Assembly: GCF_009834535.1 (NCBI RefSeq)
Contig: NC_045696.1
Location: 55,182,001-55,246,000, forward strand
Reading direction: 5' to 3'
Length of the DNA stretch: 64,000 nucleotides
Source of the DNA: Camelus ferus
Taxonomy: Eukaryota
Part shown: in pieces, positions 24,111 through 35,767 of the stretch
How the letters are laid out: each line of letters starts with the position of its first letter
Position numbering within the stretch: the first letter of the stretch is position 1
Translations under genes and position numbers: made by a program
Notes under the pieces: model-generated
What the model saw: the letters and a program-made list of their open reading frames with translations, nothing else
The model's database searches: none
What the model was told of the DNA's origin: nothing

Positions 24111-25459
24111 CATTGGTGTATGTATATCATATATATAATAAGTGTATGGTTTGACATGGTTTATACAACTTTCAAATTGTTCTAAATGAAAATTTCCCTT
24201 GGATGGACCATTGGATTTCCAGCCTGCTAGGATCACTAACTCCAGACACACTGTCTTCTCGTCCCATGCAGGTATCTGGGGCAGGGGCCCCATTAGGGCT
24301 ATTTGAGAGACTCATTTAGGTATGTTTGGACTAGAATATCATTAGTTTCCATTACAAATATGGGAAGATGTGCACCAATTCAAACAGGGCATTTAGAACC
24401 AAAATGTAAAGCTGGTCTAAAGAAAATGTACCACTGAAAGAGAACTAGTTCCTCCTCTGATACTTAGGATCCTAATCATCTCCTTGAGATCCTGGGCCAT
24501 ATGGTGTTAACTTCCACACTGGAAGAAGTTCAAAGGTTTAGCAAAAGAAAGTTATATCTCAATCTCACTGGTAAATATTAAAACTTACATTCAATTTAAT
24601 TCAAGAAGCATATCTTATTTGAAAACTATGTGCTTGCTTAACCCTGTGCTCGACACTGAGTAGGGTTTTTTTTAAACATCAGGGTTTTTTTTTCTACATC
24701 TAATGGCATATGTTTGGTATGAACAAGTTAAATAATAGCATAAGTCAGTAAGTAAAGTACTCAACTGGATCACATTATAGAAAAGTTTTGTTTTGTTTTC
24801 ATAGTGGTTGTATGATCTCCTATGAAGGCCAATGTAAGCAAAGTGGGGTCTGATGGGCAGGCAGACGAGCCAAAGTTGCTATCGTTATAGAAAAGAAAAT
24901 GGCTAGAAATGGTCCCACCAGACACACCCGAAATAAAAGGATTGGCTACAGTGGGGAAAGATCTAAAATTGAGCCCTTCCCCAGGGGAGTACCAAGCGTC
25001 CACAGACAACAGCTGGGAGCCAAGACAAGCAAACGGCTTCAGAGTCCTGAAATTATAAATATAGCATTGGGACAGCAGAACAGAATGGTGGCTATCCTAA
25101 GGTAAAACAAAATGCAGAAGAGCCAATAGGCAGAATCAGGAAAACCTGAAAGCTGGGGGCAGAAACCTTAGCCATAGGGCTGGTTTACAAGGCCTCTGGG
25201 GCAGATGGGAACAGCTAAGGTCTTAACCATAAGAAATTGGGCAAGACAGGTCTTCAAGGCAAAGCATAAGATTTGAGAGAGCAAGATAGGGACCTAGTTA
25301 CCAACACAGGGGTCCAGAGGCAGGAAGTGGTCTCAAGAACTAAAGGGCACAGGATTAGAGCCAGGCATGCAAGAACAGAAACTAATATTTATACAATTCA
25401 CTGAATAGTTTCAAAGTATTTTTCACTTACAGTAAATCACATAGTATGGGTTCCCAGGT

Positions 25460-25640
25460 CATCCATTTAATAAGTTCACCTACCACGTGCCAGGACCTGT
25501 GGCAGGGATAGATCACCTAAAAATAAAGAACTTAGAGATGAAGAAGACATAGCCCCAGCACTTAGGGGATTATGGACAAGTGTGAAGTACTGATGGGTAA
25601 AAATGTAATCATTCCTGAACATCACAGAGTTCAACAGGAG
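25460..25640 (-). mobile_element. L2 fragment
   Basis: catccatttaataa..cacctaccacgtgccaggacctgtg..agatgaagaagacatagccccagcactta. Confidence 0.6.
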
Positions 25641-26799
25641 AAGAGAGACCATCCTGTCCTCTATCCTTTTTCTTATTCTTTATAACTGAATGAAAAGTTC
25701 ACAGTGACGGCCTTGGATCTAATAGTAATGACTTAGCAACATTTCACATACCAAACAACTAGAATTTAAATTTCCATACAAGTGACCATGTAATTTCTGT
25801 CCCACAGGGCAGCACTCAGAGCAAGGGATTATTTTTAAATTCCATAAAATAGGCCCTGCCATGCGGAGCACCAGAGGACTTGGAGGTGGATAGAGTCTAA
25901 TGAGCTGTCATGTGACCTGGGTAATGTAGAGCTCTGAGAAAAGACCTTTTATAAAAGTTGGGTGATGAATTTAAGAAAAAAGCATGGGAAACTCAGTGAA
26001 TAAGGGAAGACTGAGACAATGAAGACAAGGGGTTCAGGCTTGGGAGTACCCTAGGATCTGGGGAACTTTGAATAATTTGAACCCAGTTTCCATCCTCTCC
26101 TAGTTCTCCACCCAAATATTCTGTTGCCAAGACAACAGGATGCTAGCAGGCATATGCATGTGTCTGCTCCCTGCATGCTGTTGCCTAGCAACAGGACTCT
26201 GCAGAGCCTGGGATCTCGCTCTTTACTCCTACCCTGCTCCATCCATCGCCTTGACTTGCCAGTTGCTTTCCCAACCCCCAAAGCAAAGAAACAAGAAGCG
26301 GGAGAGAGCTAGAGGCTCAGGATCTGATCTTCTCGTCAACAGCCTATTGTCAACACCCGGAGGAAACCCAAACCTGCTTCATTCAGCTTAACCCCTACAT
26401 CGTGAAGGTATCAGATGCAAACTGACAATTACAGCTGAACAAAATCAAAGGATGATTTGACACTCTTTGTACTTGAAATCCAGGTACAGAGTCCTAGTCT
26501 ATAATAACCAAAGGGACATTGTGATAAGTAAAATACTGAACCAATGGTGCAAAAGTAACTGAAGGATTTTACATCTGAAAGAAGACAGCAGAAGATGGGA
26601 GATAAAAAAGGAAAAGAGGGAAGGGGGAAAGTGAAAAAAAGAAGGAAGGAATAAAGGGTGGAAAAGAGGAGTCAAAAAGAGAGGTAAGGATTTTAACTCA
26701 CAAGAAATAATATCCCTTTGGAATACGACAGTGTGGAAACTGGAAAAAATCTGCAACACTATGTGGAGTGGGATCTGATGCCTGAAAGAATAACAACAG

Positions 26800-27030
26800 A
26801 GCGTATTGAGCTTTTTTTTTTAATGTCAGACATTACATTAAGTGCTTTACATAGATTATTTCCACCTTCATAACCCTGCAAGGTGGACGTCAGGAAAATG
26901 ATTTTGCAGTGAGGACTGAGAACAGCTCAGTGACTTGACCAAGACCAAACAGCAAAAGTGGCAAAGCGAGAAAAAATAGAGGGTATTTAAACCAAAATTA
27001 ATCTGACTCAAAATTACACATGCATTCTCG
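26800..27030 (-). mobile_element. MIR SINE
   Basis: tattgagc..tgtcagacattacattaagtgctttacatagattatt..cataaccctgcaaggtg..gactgag..gtgacttgaccaagacc. Confidence 0.8.
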
Positions 27031-27185
27031 ACATGTACTACAATAAATATCTGGGAAAGTGTGTGTGAAGATTGTGAAATCACACAAATTTGTTAAATTG
27101 GGGACCTTTTAAAGAAGCTATAAATATGCTTTATCTAACATTAAAGGAATGACTTTCTCTTCAAAGCTTTAATGCAATAATTTGT

Positions 27186-27297
27186 GAAAAGAAAATCATC
27201 TTACCAAGTAGGAAAGGAAAAGCTAATCCTTTAAAAAGTGCTCAGTAAAAATTTTTTTTAAAGTTTAGAGTCTTTTTGATGAACCTAGAGAAAGGAA
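27186..27297 (+). repeat. Presumed donor copy of a local ~115-bp inverted duplication
   Basis: Matches the reverse complement of 29110-29223 (gaaaatcatcttaccaa.taggaaaggaaaa.ct.atcctttaaaaagt.ctcagtaaaaa..aaagtttag..tctttttgatgaa.cta.agaaaggaa). Confidence 0.9.
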
Positions 27298-28059
27298 TTT
27301 TCCCACTGAAAAGAAAATTCAAATTTTGTAAATGCTTATGGAATGATGGGAATTCTGTACACAGCAACCAGAATAGACAGAAAAGCAATTTTTCCAGGAA
27401 AGCCAAATATAAACAAAATAATAAGATTCCACTGAAACCTTGGTGACCTCTAGTATGGGTCTGGTAGCAACACAATGCCCTTGGGTGGTGAACAAGGAAC
27501 AACGCGCTGACAGCAGGAAGGGACACACACGTGCCACACTCTTCTGAGCCCCTCAAACCTCCATGACGAGAGAAGACATACTGCACGCTGGTCCCCTCGG
27601 TCTGCTAGCCGTGCCTAGCTTGGCTGGCCTAGGCGTAAGCTGGTAACCATACCGAAGACATTTATCCTCCTTCTAAAGGGTGAGTTCAGGCATGCGAAGA
27701 AAATTCTTCTCTTATATTCATTAATTCCCATGGTGAAGAACCCCCGCCAAATATTTATAGGGACAAGGCCAACCCCACTGGACTATTACTGTCAAGCTCT
27801 TGGTATCCTAAATGCACAAAATCCAGTTCACAGGTTAATAGCCTCACCCCTCCCCAAATGTAAAGTGCTATTATTTTATCACACAGGACAGCTATCCTCC
27901 AGAAATAACTTGGCTTCTCTTAAGAAGCAGGGCCAAACATGAACCAGGCTTTCCTGCTTTTCTACATGGAGCTGGATGAGGTAATTCTGTGGCCAGCTCT
28001 GAAGTGACAGAATATTACTGTGTAATAAAGGAAAGCTTATAAAGGGTAACAACACGAGC

Positions 28060-28485
28060 TGCAAAGACTGCTAACTGTCCCACAACATCCATCCTGTCTT
28101 TCTCTCATAGCCACAGAAAGGTTAGCTCAGTGTACAGCCACTCAGACCAAAGTCTGGCCAACAGGATGTGAAGACCCTTGTGGTGTGGTTTTTGAAACTT
28201 TTAAGGAACAGCTATCACACCAACTCTGCCCCTCTTCTCTTCTGTGCCTTCCCCTTCTCCACGTTCTGGGAGCATGAGGGAGAGAGCCCCATGCAAGATA
28301 GGAGAGCAGGAGCTGGAAGGAGCCTCGTAGATCCCTGAGGACACAGTAGAACAGACCCCCTACGGCACCCAGGGGCTCACACTACCACGTTTCTTACAGG
28401 GGAGATGATGAAAGCTTCTCTCTTTTTAAAGCCCCTGTTTGTTGGGTTTTATTACCATCAGCCAAATCCAATCTCAAGTAATACA
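28060..28485 (+). mobile_element. MLT1J-like MaLR LTR
   Basis: gactgctaactgtcccacaacatccatcc..tctggccaacaggatgtgaag..ggaaggagcct..tccctga..tttaaagcccctg..cagccaaatccaatctcaagtaataca. Confidence 0.75.
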
Positions 28486-29013
28486 CGCAGATTAGAGCAT
28501 AGCTCTTGTGGTCTAACTTGCTATCTGGGCAGGTATTAATGCCAATATCCTACAGGAGAGAAGAAATCCTGAAGGGAAATGAGGCTCTGAACCATCCCAA
28601 GGTGAGACACTCTCAGACTTCACTGGTAATCCAAGGAATTCTCATCATTTTCATTAAAGATATAATTTTTCTTGAAGTACACAAAATATGATGTTCTCTT
28701 TCAAAAAATAAAATATTTATCCAGGGGCAAAAAAAAAAAAAAAAAAAAGCTGTCCTTTAAAGCTTCCATGCCACGTCCCTAGAAGTGGGAGATCCTGATC
28801 AAAGCCTCCTGAACACCCAGGGGACGATGTGCCTCCAGACATTTCCAAGAAGTGACATCCAAGAGGCCTGTCACCAAGTCCTTGTACTGATAACAAAGCA
28901 AACTTTGGGAGTAATAATGAAACACATCCAGTGAAATGGATGAATTTAAAATATGACTTAATGTCTTTTTGATGTTTAAAAACCTGTGCATTGAAAATGT
29001 GTCTGATTCACAT

Positions 29014-29466
29014 CAGTGCTGTCTAACAGAAGTAAAACGCCCACCACAGATGTGACCCACACATGTAATTTTAAATTTTCTACTAACTACATTGAATAAA
29101 CCCTGGAGTTTCCTTTCTTTAGCTTCATCAAAAAGATGCTAAACTTTTTTTTTTTTTTTTTTACTGAGGACTTTTTAAAGGATCAGGTTTTCCTTTCCTA
29201 TTTGGTAAGATGATTTTCTCTTCTAGTAACTACTAATTGAAAATAATTTTAACAGTATCTTTTATTTAACCCAGTGTATCAAAATTTTATATATATTATA
29301 ATCCATATTAAACAAAACAATATATTTGACATTCCTTTTTGAAGGTTTTCTAACCTTCAAAACCCAGATTATATTTTATACTTATAATACATTTCAGTTT
29401 GGGCTAGCCACATTTCACATGCTCAGCAACCACTGTGGCTAGTGGCTACCATACTGAAAGGTACAG
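29014..29466. mobile_element. MER33 hAT-Charlie MITE interrupted by a ~140-bp insert
   Basis: cagtgctgtctaacagaag..catgtaattttaaattttcta [insert ~29101-29240] aataattttaacagtatcttttatttaaccc..ctagccacatttcacatgctca..tgtggctagtggctaccatactg. Confidence 0.9.
29110..29223 (-). repeat. Inverted copy of 27186-27297 inside MER33
   Basis: Aligned by eye to the reverse complement; scattered substitutions, and the central A/T run differs. Confidence 0.9.
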
Positions 29467-30039
29467 ATCTAGAGTACGCCATTCACTGATGAGAAGAAAT
29501 AATAACATCATTGAAGCCATTTAGGCCTCTAAAGTTTCCCAAGGCCAACGAAGGCCCCTGCCTTCCAGCCATAATTTTATGTAACCATAGATAACAAAGG
29601 TGACTCCTTGTAGATAGCTACTGAAATAGCAATGGTATTACTACCACTCGCAATTATTTACACAAATGATACCCATCAGGAGGTTTCCTTCTAAGCTAAT
29701 GTTATGTCTACTGCTGCGTTTAACCCTGTTCTTCTGGTTCTGTCTTCCCCAGAGGAGAGACACAGTGACCCAAATCCTCCGCATCACAACCCTCCTATGT
29801 TAGGAAACAGAAAACTCTGAGGCCATTCTTAGCTTACCAAGGTGTAAAGGTGATGGCAATTTAGAAGGGACAAACCTGAAGCCCAAAGCACTCAGTCTCA
29901 GAGTTTCTTTCTGCTGACTTGCTCACAACTATCCCCATTTCCCAGTGTAGTTCTAAGACCAAGGACACTCTGAAGGCTTTCCCTTAACCACAAAGCAATG
30001 CTGAGTGTAGCTTCAGACTCTGGGGTCTACTCAGACCTT

Positions 30040-30150
30040 TAAAAAGAAGAATTGGAAGAAAAAGAGGAATAGAAGGAGGAAGATGAGGAGTAGGTAGAGG
30101 AAGGAAAGAAAATAGAAAAAGCAGCAGAAGAGAAAAGAGGAAGGCAAAGA
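30040..30150 (+). repeat. GA-rich low-complexity tract
   Basis: Directly visible purine tract. Confidence 0.8.
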
Positions 30151-31029
30151 AATGTGCTACGTCCAGTCACCTGATCTGAGGGCTGACACTGGAACAGACC
30201 TGAGAAAAGTATCTGTCCCGCCAGCCTGCCTGGTTGGAAATTCAAGCATCAGTAATTTATTTCTTTGAGCTAAACCAAGAGTCCATGCATACCCAGTTAA
30301 AATGCAAATAACCCTAGAAAGTAAAATACCAAACCTTCAGGTCTTACTACAATTTAATTCATCAAATACAGGCAATTTGATCAACCAAGCAAGCCCTAGT
30401 GAGGCAGACACAAGTCTGGGGAGTTCTGACATGCAGAGTGGGGAAAAGCCAGGAAACGGGGGCCAAGCATTCCAGGTGTTGAGTGTGACAACCTGGGAGA
30501 TGTGAGGGGAGGGGCAGCGGCAGCAGCAGAGGATACCAGCAAGAAGACAGAGACTCTCCAACCCCGACCCTTTCCACTGTCCAGAGCCAGCCCCGCACAG
30601 GACCTCTATTCTTTCACTAATCAGGAAAAGCACAACAGCTCCTTTTCTCCATTCCTTTCATTCTTTCCCCAAACTCCTATTTGAACCTTCATCACTTTAC
30701 TATGAATTTGCTGCCTTGGATATCTGTGTTCACTTCTTGAAGGTATAAAGAATGTGACATGTCACTGTCACTTCAATTCTCATGCTTTATTAAGATCAGC
30801 ATCTCCTCCTTGGACCCAGTAAGCTTCTGGCTTTCCAGTGTGCTTGACCCAATAATAACAAAATAAAACATTCCATCTCTAGATTTTAAAATTCAACTGA
30901 ACAGTCACTTGAAAGCCAGCACTTGACAACACAGCTTAGGTATTTAGGAATACCTGGAAAGGTCCAACAGTTGAAAATGTGAAAAAAAAAAAAGGATGTT
31001 TATCACTTCATAGCTATAGGAGATTATCC

Positions 31030-31130
31030 ATTCAGTCATTCAACAGCAGCGATTGAGTAGCTACTACATGTCTAGTACTATGCTCAGAGAACAGCAGTAA
31101 GTAACAGACAGAATGACACATACCTGTGCC
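31030..31130 (-). mobile_element. L2 3' fragment
   Basis: cattcagtcattcaacag..gattgagtagctactacatgtctagtactatgct. Confidence 0.65.
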
Positions 31131-32674
31131 AGGCACCATCAGAGATGTCCCCAAGTGAAAAGGGGGAACAGAGGAAGATGCTGGTTCAGGGATGTGGTTG
31201 GCCAAGACCTTGGTCCCTTCCTTTCTCACAGGTCCATGTGCCTCCCTCTCCTCAAGTGGCCTTCTCAGATAGAGGAACAATGTTCACCAGCCATGAATAT
31301 ATAAACAGCTGTGCTTCCCCATTAGAAAGCAAAGAACGAGGACAGAGAAGATAGAGGAAGAAGAATAAGAGGGAAGGATCAGAATCAAATTTCACTCTAA
31401 GTCTCCTTTTCCCTCTACTCTCATATAGCGAACATCCTGGAGGTAAAATCCATTCAGTTCAGCTTTGTGGTACTACGTCTTTGCTACTTTTCCTCCAGCA
31501 AGTACGATGGAATAAATAGGACCCCTCTTAAATGCAGGCACCCCACCCAGTGTCAGTATGAACTCAGTGTTGTCCTCAAGTGTCCCTAGAGCCCGAGGCT
31601 CTGAGAGTAACCTCTGGACTAGCAGGGAGATCCTGGGAAGGTCTCAGATATACCCATTAGAGAAACAGGTACTCTGTATGCTAGTCCCATATCTAATCAT
31701 ATTTTTAAGTGATTTCCACCTTCATTTCCAACACATGTTCTTCACAGAAATAAGGAAAGGGGATAAAAAGCTCCAATGCATTACAAAAATCACATCCGAG
31801 AATCCTAATGCCCACTTCAAGGAGCTTTCCTCTTTGGTAAACATGCAGTCTGTTTGCATTTAATTCTTCTACACAAGCCCTGCAAGAAAGTTAGCCAAAT
31901 TGATAATCGATTCACATGATCTTTGCTCACTCACTTATTAAAATACACCAAACAGTTAATTCCCTTCTCTGCTGGGAGCTCTGACTGGCTCTACACAGCT
32001 TGAATGTTAAACAGATGCTCAGGGCGCCAGGAATACAGCAGAGCCATTAGGTGGTAACTGTTTCAAACCATTCAAAGCAAGTCTCTGAAATGAAGGGCCT
32101 CGCTGTCCCTTCAATGAAATTTTTGGTGAATCTTTACTGAGCTGCTAACCAACAGATGAAAAAGAACCTCTAAAAAATTCAAAAGGGCCTGATTTAGTTG
32201 ACCAGTCCACCTTCCCCCCTCACTCACTCTGCTTGAATGAGGAGAGAGAGAGGAGTTTTTGAATAAACATCACTCCTCCAGCTACAGTATGAGACCACTA
32301 GACACAGTGGCCAATACCTCACCAATATGCTGCTGAGCGCCCAGCTCAATCATCCTCCCCTTCATCCTGGTCCAGAAGCTGATGTATCAGGGACTGTACG
32401 TACGTTGCAGTACTAGAAGCAAGCCAATGTGTTATACAGGCAAGTTCCTTCTCTTTACAAAGGAGAAACCTTGGGCCCCAGCAGTGATTTGGTGGCAAGC
32501 TGTGCCTGTTAGCCAAGTTTCCCAGCTCTTAGGGAAATGCCCTAGTCCCTCTAGCACTCTGACTCAGATGCAGCAATGAAGACGTAACCTAGAGCCTTTC
32601 TAAAAATCTTGGTTTAGTTTCCCCACCTCAGAGAGTGGTACCCATGTCAGCATTAAGCCTTTTCCTGACACTCC

Positions 32675-32800
32675 ACTCATTCACTCATTGGATAGTCACT
32701 TTTGGAGATCCCGTCATGTATAATGCAGTGTCGTAAATCCTAGGGGATATCAAAAATGACTGAAAACAAGGATAACTAGAGCACGTAGTAAGTGCACAAT
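32675..32800 (-). mobile_element. L2 3' fragment
   Basis: actcattcactcatt..tttggagatcc..gtaaatcctaggggatatcaaaaatgac. Confidence 0.5.
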
Positions 32801-32823
32801 TAATCAAGCTCATCCCCTCTACA

Positions 32824-32966
32824 CAGTAGCCAACAAAGACTAGCCTGAGAACCACCTGCCTCAGGATTTTCTGGGGAGCTTTTGTAAGATACTAAACTGT
32901 AGCTCTAGAATCTGTATTTTTAATTATCACTTAGGATGATGTTCTAGTAAGTTTTAGGACTACACA
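32824..32966. mobile_element. MER5-type hAT-Charlie MITE
   Basis: tcaggattttctggggagctttt..ctagaatctgtatttttaa..aggatgatg..taagttttaggactac. Confidence 0.6.
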
Positions 32967-35129
32967 CCCATAGTAATAAAGGAGAAGGAACAATTCCTGG
33001 GGAGTTTCACAGAGACTTCACAGAGGACATGCTCAAATTAAGTTTTTAAAGATAAGCAGGGGCTCCCAACAATTATTTCAGGGTTATAATGTAGAAAGGA
33101 ATTATAATCTTCTATAGTTTTTCATATGGTAGTATTAGGACCAGTGTTTTTTTTAAGGACCAGTGTATTAAAGTTAATATTTAATAAGAATTTTTTAGGG
33201 AGCTGTTTTAAAATGTATGGCTCACTCTGGGAGGCAAAGAGGAGCTCATCACTGGGAGCCCACAAGCTGGACTGGTTAACTAAAGTCTCCAGTTTTTTCT
33301 ACCTGGACAGCTCTTCATCATCTGCTGTGCCCGTTACGTTATATGCTCAACTGACCTGGTCAGTGAGTAAATCATGTAGTTGAGTCTATGAATAAATGAA
33401 TGAATAAGTATAATTAACTTTTTTCTTTTGTAATATTGAAGCCAGTCTCACATACCCTTGTTAAGAAACTGACACCAAGATCTTTTGTATTTTTACAAAC
33501 TCATTCTCAACTAGCTTTTCACACAGGATAGATTCAAAAAATTGTCATAGAATGTTGACTCAATTCCTACTAAATCCCATATTGTTAGTTTTACCTATTG
33601 TTTCTAGATTTTGAGACATTTTTAGCTCCGTTCTGAAGGCAAATTTGGAGGAACTGAACTCTAAGTTCTCCTCAAATGCTGAAAGTGGTGATGCTATGAA
33701 TGGGCAGAATTTCTATGAATTTATCAAAATCAAATTAGGCTTACTGACTACATTAATAGCTGCCCACTTGTTCGCAGAGTAAAGTTTCAGGGAATGAAAG
33801 AGAAGCTGCTCTTCATGGTACCTACTTTAGCTCAATAACCAGTACCGAGCATCTCTTCTGTGCCAAGAATGAAGAGTTGCAGAGATAAGCAAGGCAGGAC
33901 TTGCCTCAAAGAGTTCACCATCCACTTTCTACTATCACTTCCATGAGAGGTTGCTATGCCTCTAGCCAAGGAAACACAGGTCACATCCCCTGAAACTAAG
34001 GGAAAGATGATTCCATTTTCAACTTCTGAGTTATAATATACCAAAAAAATGCAGAGAATAAATGAAATACTAAATAAATATTGACTATTTTCTATACAAG
34101 AGAAGAATATTTTTTTATTGCTTGCTAGATTCCTTAGTCAATCAATCTAAGACTTACTCAAAGTAAAAAGAGGTAAATGAAATAGAGACAGCAGAGAAGT
34201 CCTTTCTACATAAGTTTTAATAGGAGACATATAAGAAAGGGATCAGGGGATGAGGAAAGAAAACATTAAGGGACTCAGGCTCTGCGTTCCTGACACAGAA
34301 GCTGGTGGATGCAAACACACCTGTCCCTCAACTGTTGACACAGTAGCCATTTAGCATCCTCTACTCCACCTCCCAAACTCAGGACTGCCACCTTGTGGGC
34401 TACCAAACAGTACTGCCAATGAGTGGCTTCACATCTCTGATAGATTTTCTGCAAATAAAGAATTAAAAAGGCTTTAGTCTTTTCCTCCTGCAGCTGCCTA
34501 CTATCTACCTGAGCTCTAAAATATATAACCTAAAATGAGATGACTCGATTTTGTACAAAATAAGAAAGACCAAGAAAAAGTTTCAAAGAGCTGCCTTACC
34601 TACTCTATGGGGTAGATAAGAATAATTTCTTTATTTTAAAAAATTAAATATTTTCCAAGCTTTTATCCTTTTCTCTTTAACCCCCTTTAGGTTCAAATCT
34701 AATTTTTTTTTAAAGAACCACCAAATTGATTCTAAGAGAATAATTGCTAAGGCGTGAAAGTACCACCGTATCCTGGAAACAGGCTGTGCCAAGAGTCGTT
34801 TCTTAATTTTCACCCTATTAGGGTAATTTCCTGCCACTGTGGGTTTTTTTCCTGCGGCAGTTCCTGCATGCTGGCTTCCTGGCTCCTTCACAGCTGCTCT
34901 GGCAAAGCAGAAGGAGAGGAGACCATTAACATCTTTCTGGAAATAGATGTAACAAATGCCACTGTCCTATTAGCCTGCAACAGGGGAAGGACAGGGAAGG
35001 AACCAACACTGTAACATGGGGGGCTTGTCACCTTCAAGAGCTTGGCTGCTGCAGTTATTTAACCTGCAGTAACACAGTTTATAAATCCACTGTCTTAAAA
35101 GAAAAAGTTCACAAATAAAACTAGAAAAC

Positions 35130-35550
35130 ACAATTTGCAAAAATGTTTACCCTTCTCAATTTAAGCAACAAAATGCAAGTATAAAAAAAAGAATCACAAT
35201 ACCCTTTTTAGGCCTCTTAGCATTTTTCAAATGATAAAATCAGATGCTAATGGGGACCCTGTGAAACTGACATTGTCCTACAATACTGATAGTATTGTAA
35301 ATTTAAACAGCCTTTCTGGAATGCAATTTAGCAATAAGTACGAATGACCATAAAAATATTCATGCTCTTTGACCCAGTAATTACACTTACTGAAATTAAT
35401 CCTAAGAAAAATGTAGAAAAAGCTTTACACTCAAACATACTCAATGCGCTTCTATTTATAATAGTGGAAACATTGAGGGGAAATGTACATCTATAGATAA
35501 TAAATGGTTGAGTAAATCATAGTCAAATGACTGAACAGACCATTAAAAAC
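35130..35550 (+). mobile_element. Old L1 (L1ME-like) 3' ORF2/UTR fragment
   Basis: aaatgcaagtataaaa..gtattgtaaatt..cagcctttctggaatgcaatttagcaa..ctttgacccagtaattacactt..taaatggttgagtaaat. Confidence 0.75.
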
Positions 35551-35667
35551 AGTCTCATTTAGCACCTAGCATATAGTAGGTGCTCAATGTTAACAGTGTA
35601 GAAATGTATAAAAATGCTTAGAAAATAAAATTAAATGTAAAATGTCTCATACAAACATGCATGCATG

Positions 35668-35767
35668 NNNNNNNNNNNNNNNNNNNNNNNNNNNNNNNNN
35701 NNNNNNNNNNNNNNNNNNNNNNNNNNNNNNNNNNNNNNNNNNNNNNNNNNNNNNNNNNNNNNNNNNN
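35668..35767. other. Assembly gap (100 N)
   Basis: Exactly 100 N, typical of a placeholder of unknown size. Confidence 0.99.

Noticed and set aside
23972..24293. IYIY-repeat ORFs
   Set aside because: Translation of the (TA)n microsatellite.
25013..25029. 17-bp exact match (ctgggagccaagacaag) with 62661-62677
   Set aside because: Does not extend on either side; one such match in 64 kb is plausible by chance (roughly 0.1 expected).
24840..25370. Possible ancient Gypsy-type LTR (also 1-420)
   Set aside because: Purine-rich, LTR-like texture, but no consensus motif or termini I could verify.
28729..28748. Isolated polyA runs (also ~9330, ~10011, ~11827) as processed-pseudogene tails
   Set aside because: No flanking TSDs or upstream mRNA-like sequence found.
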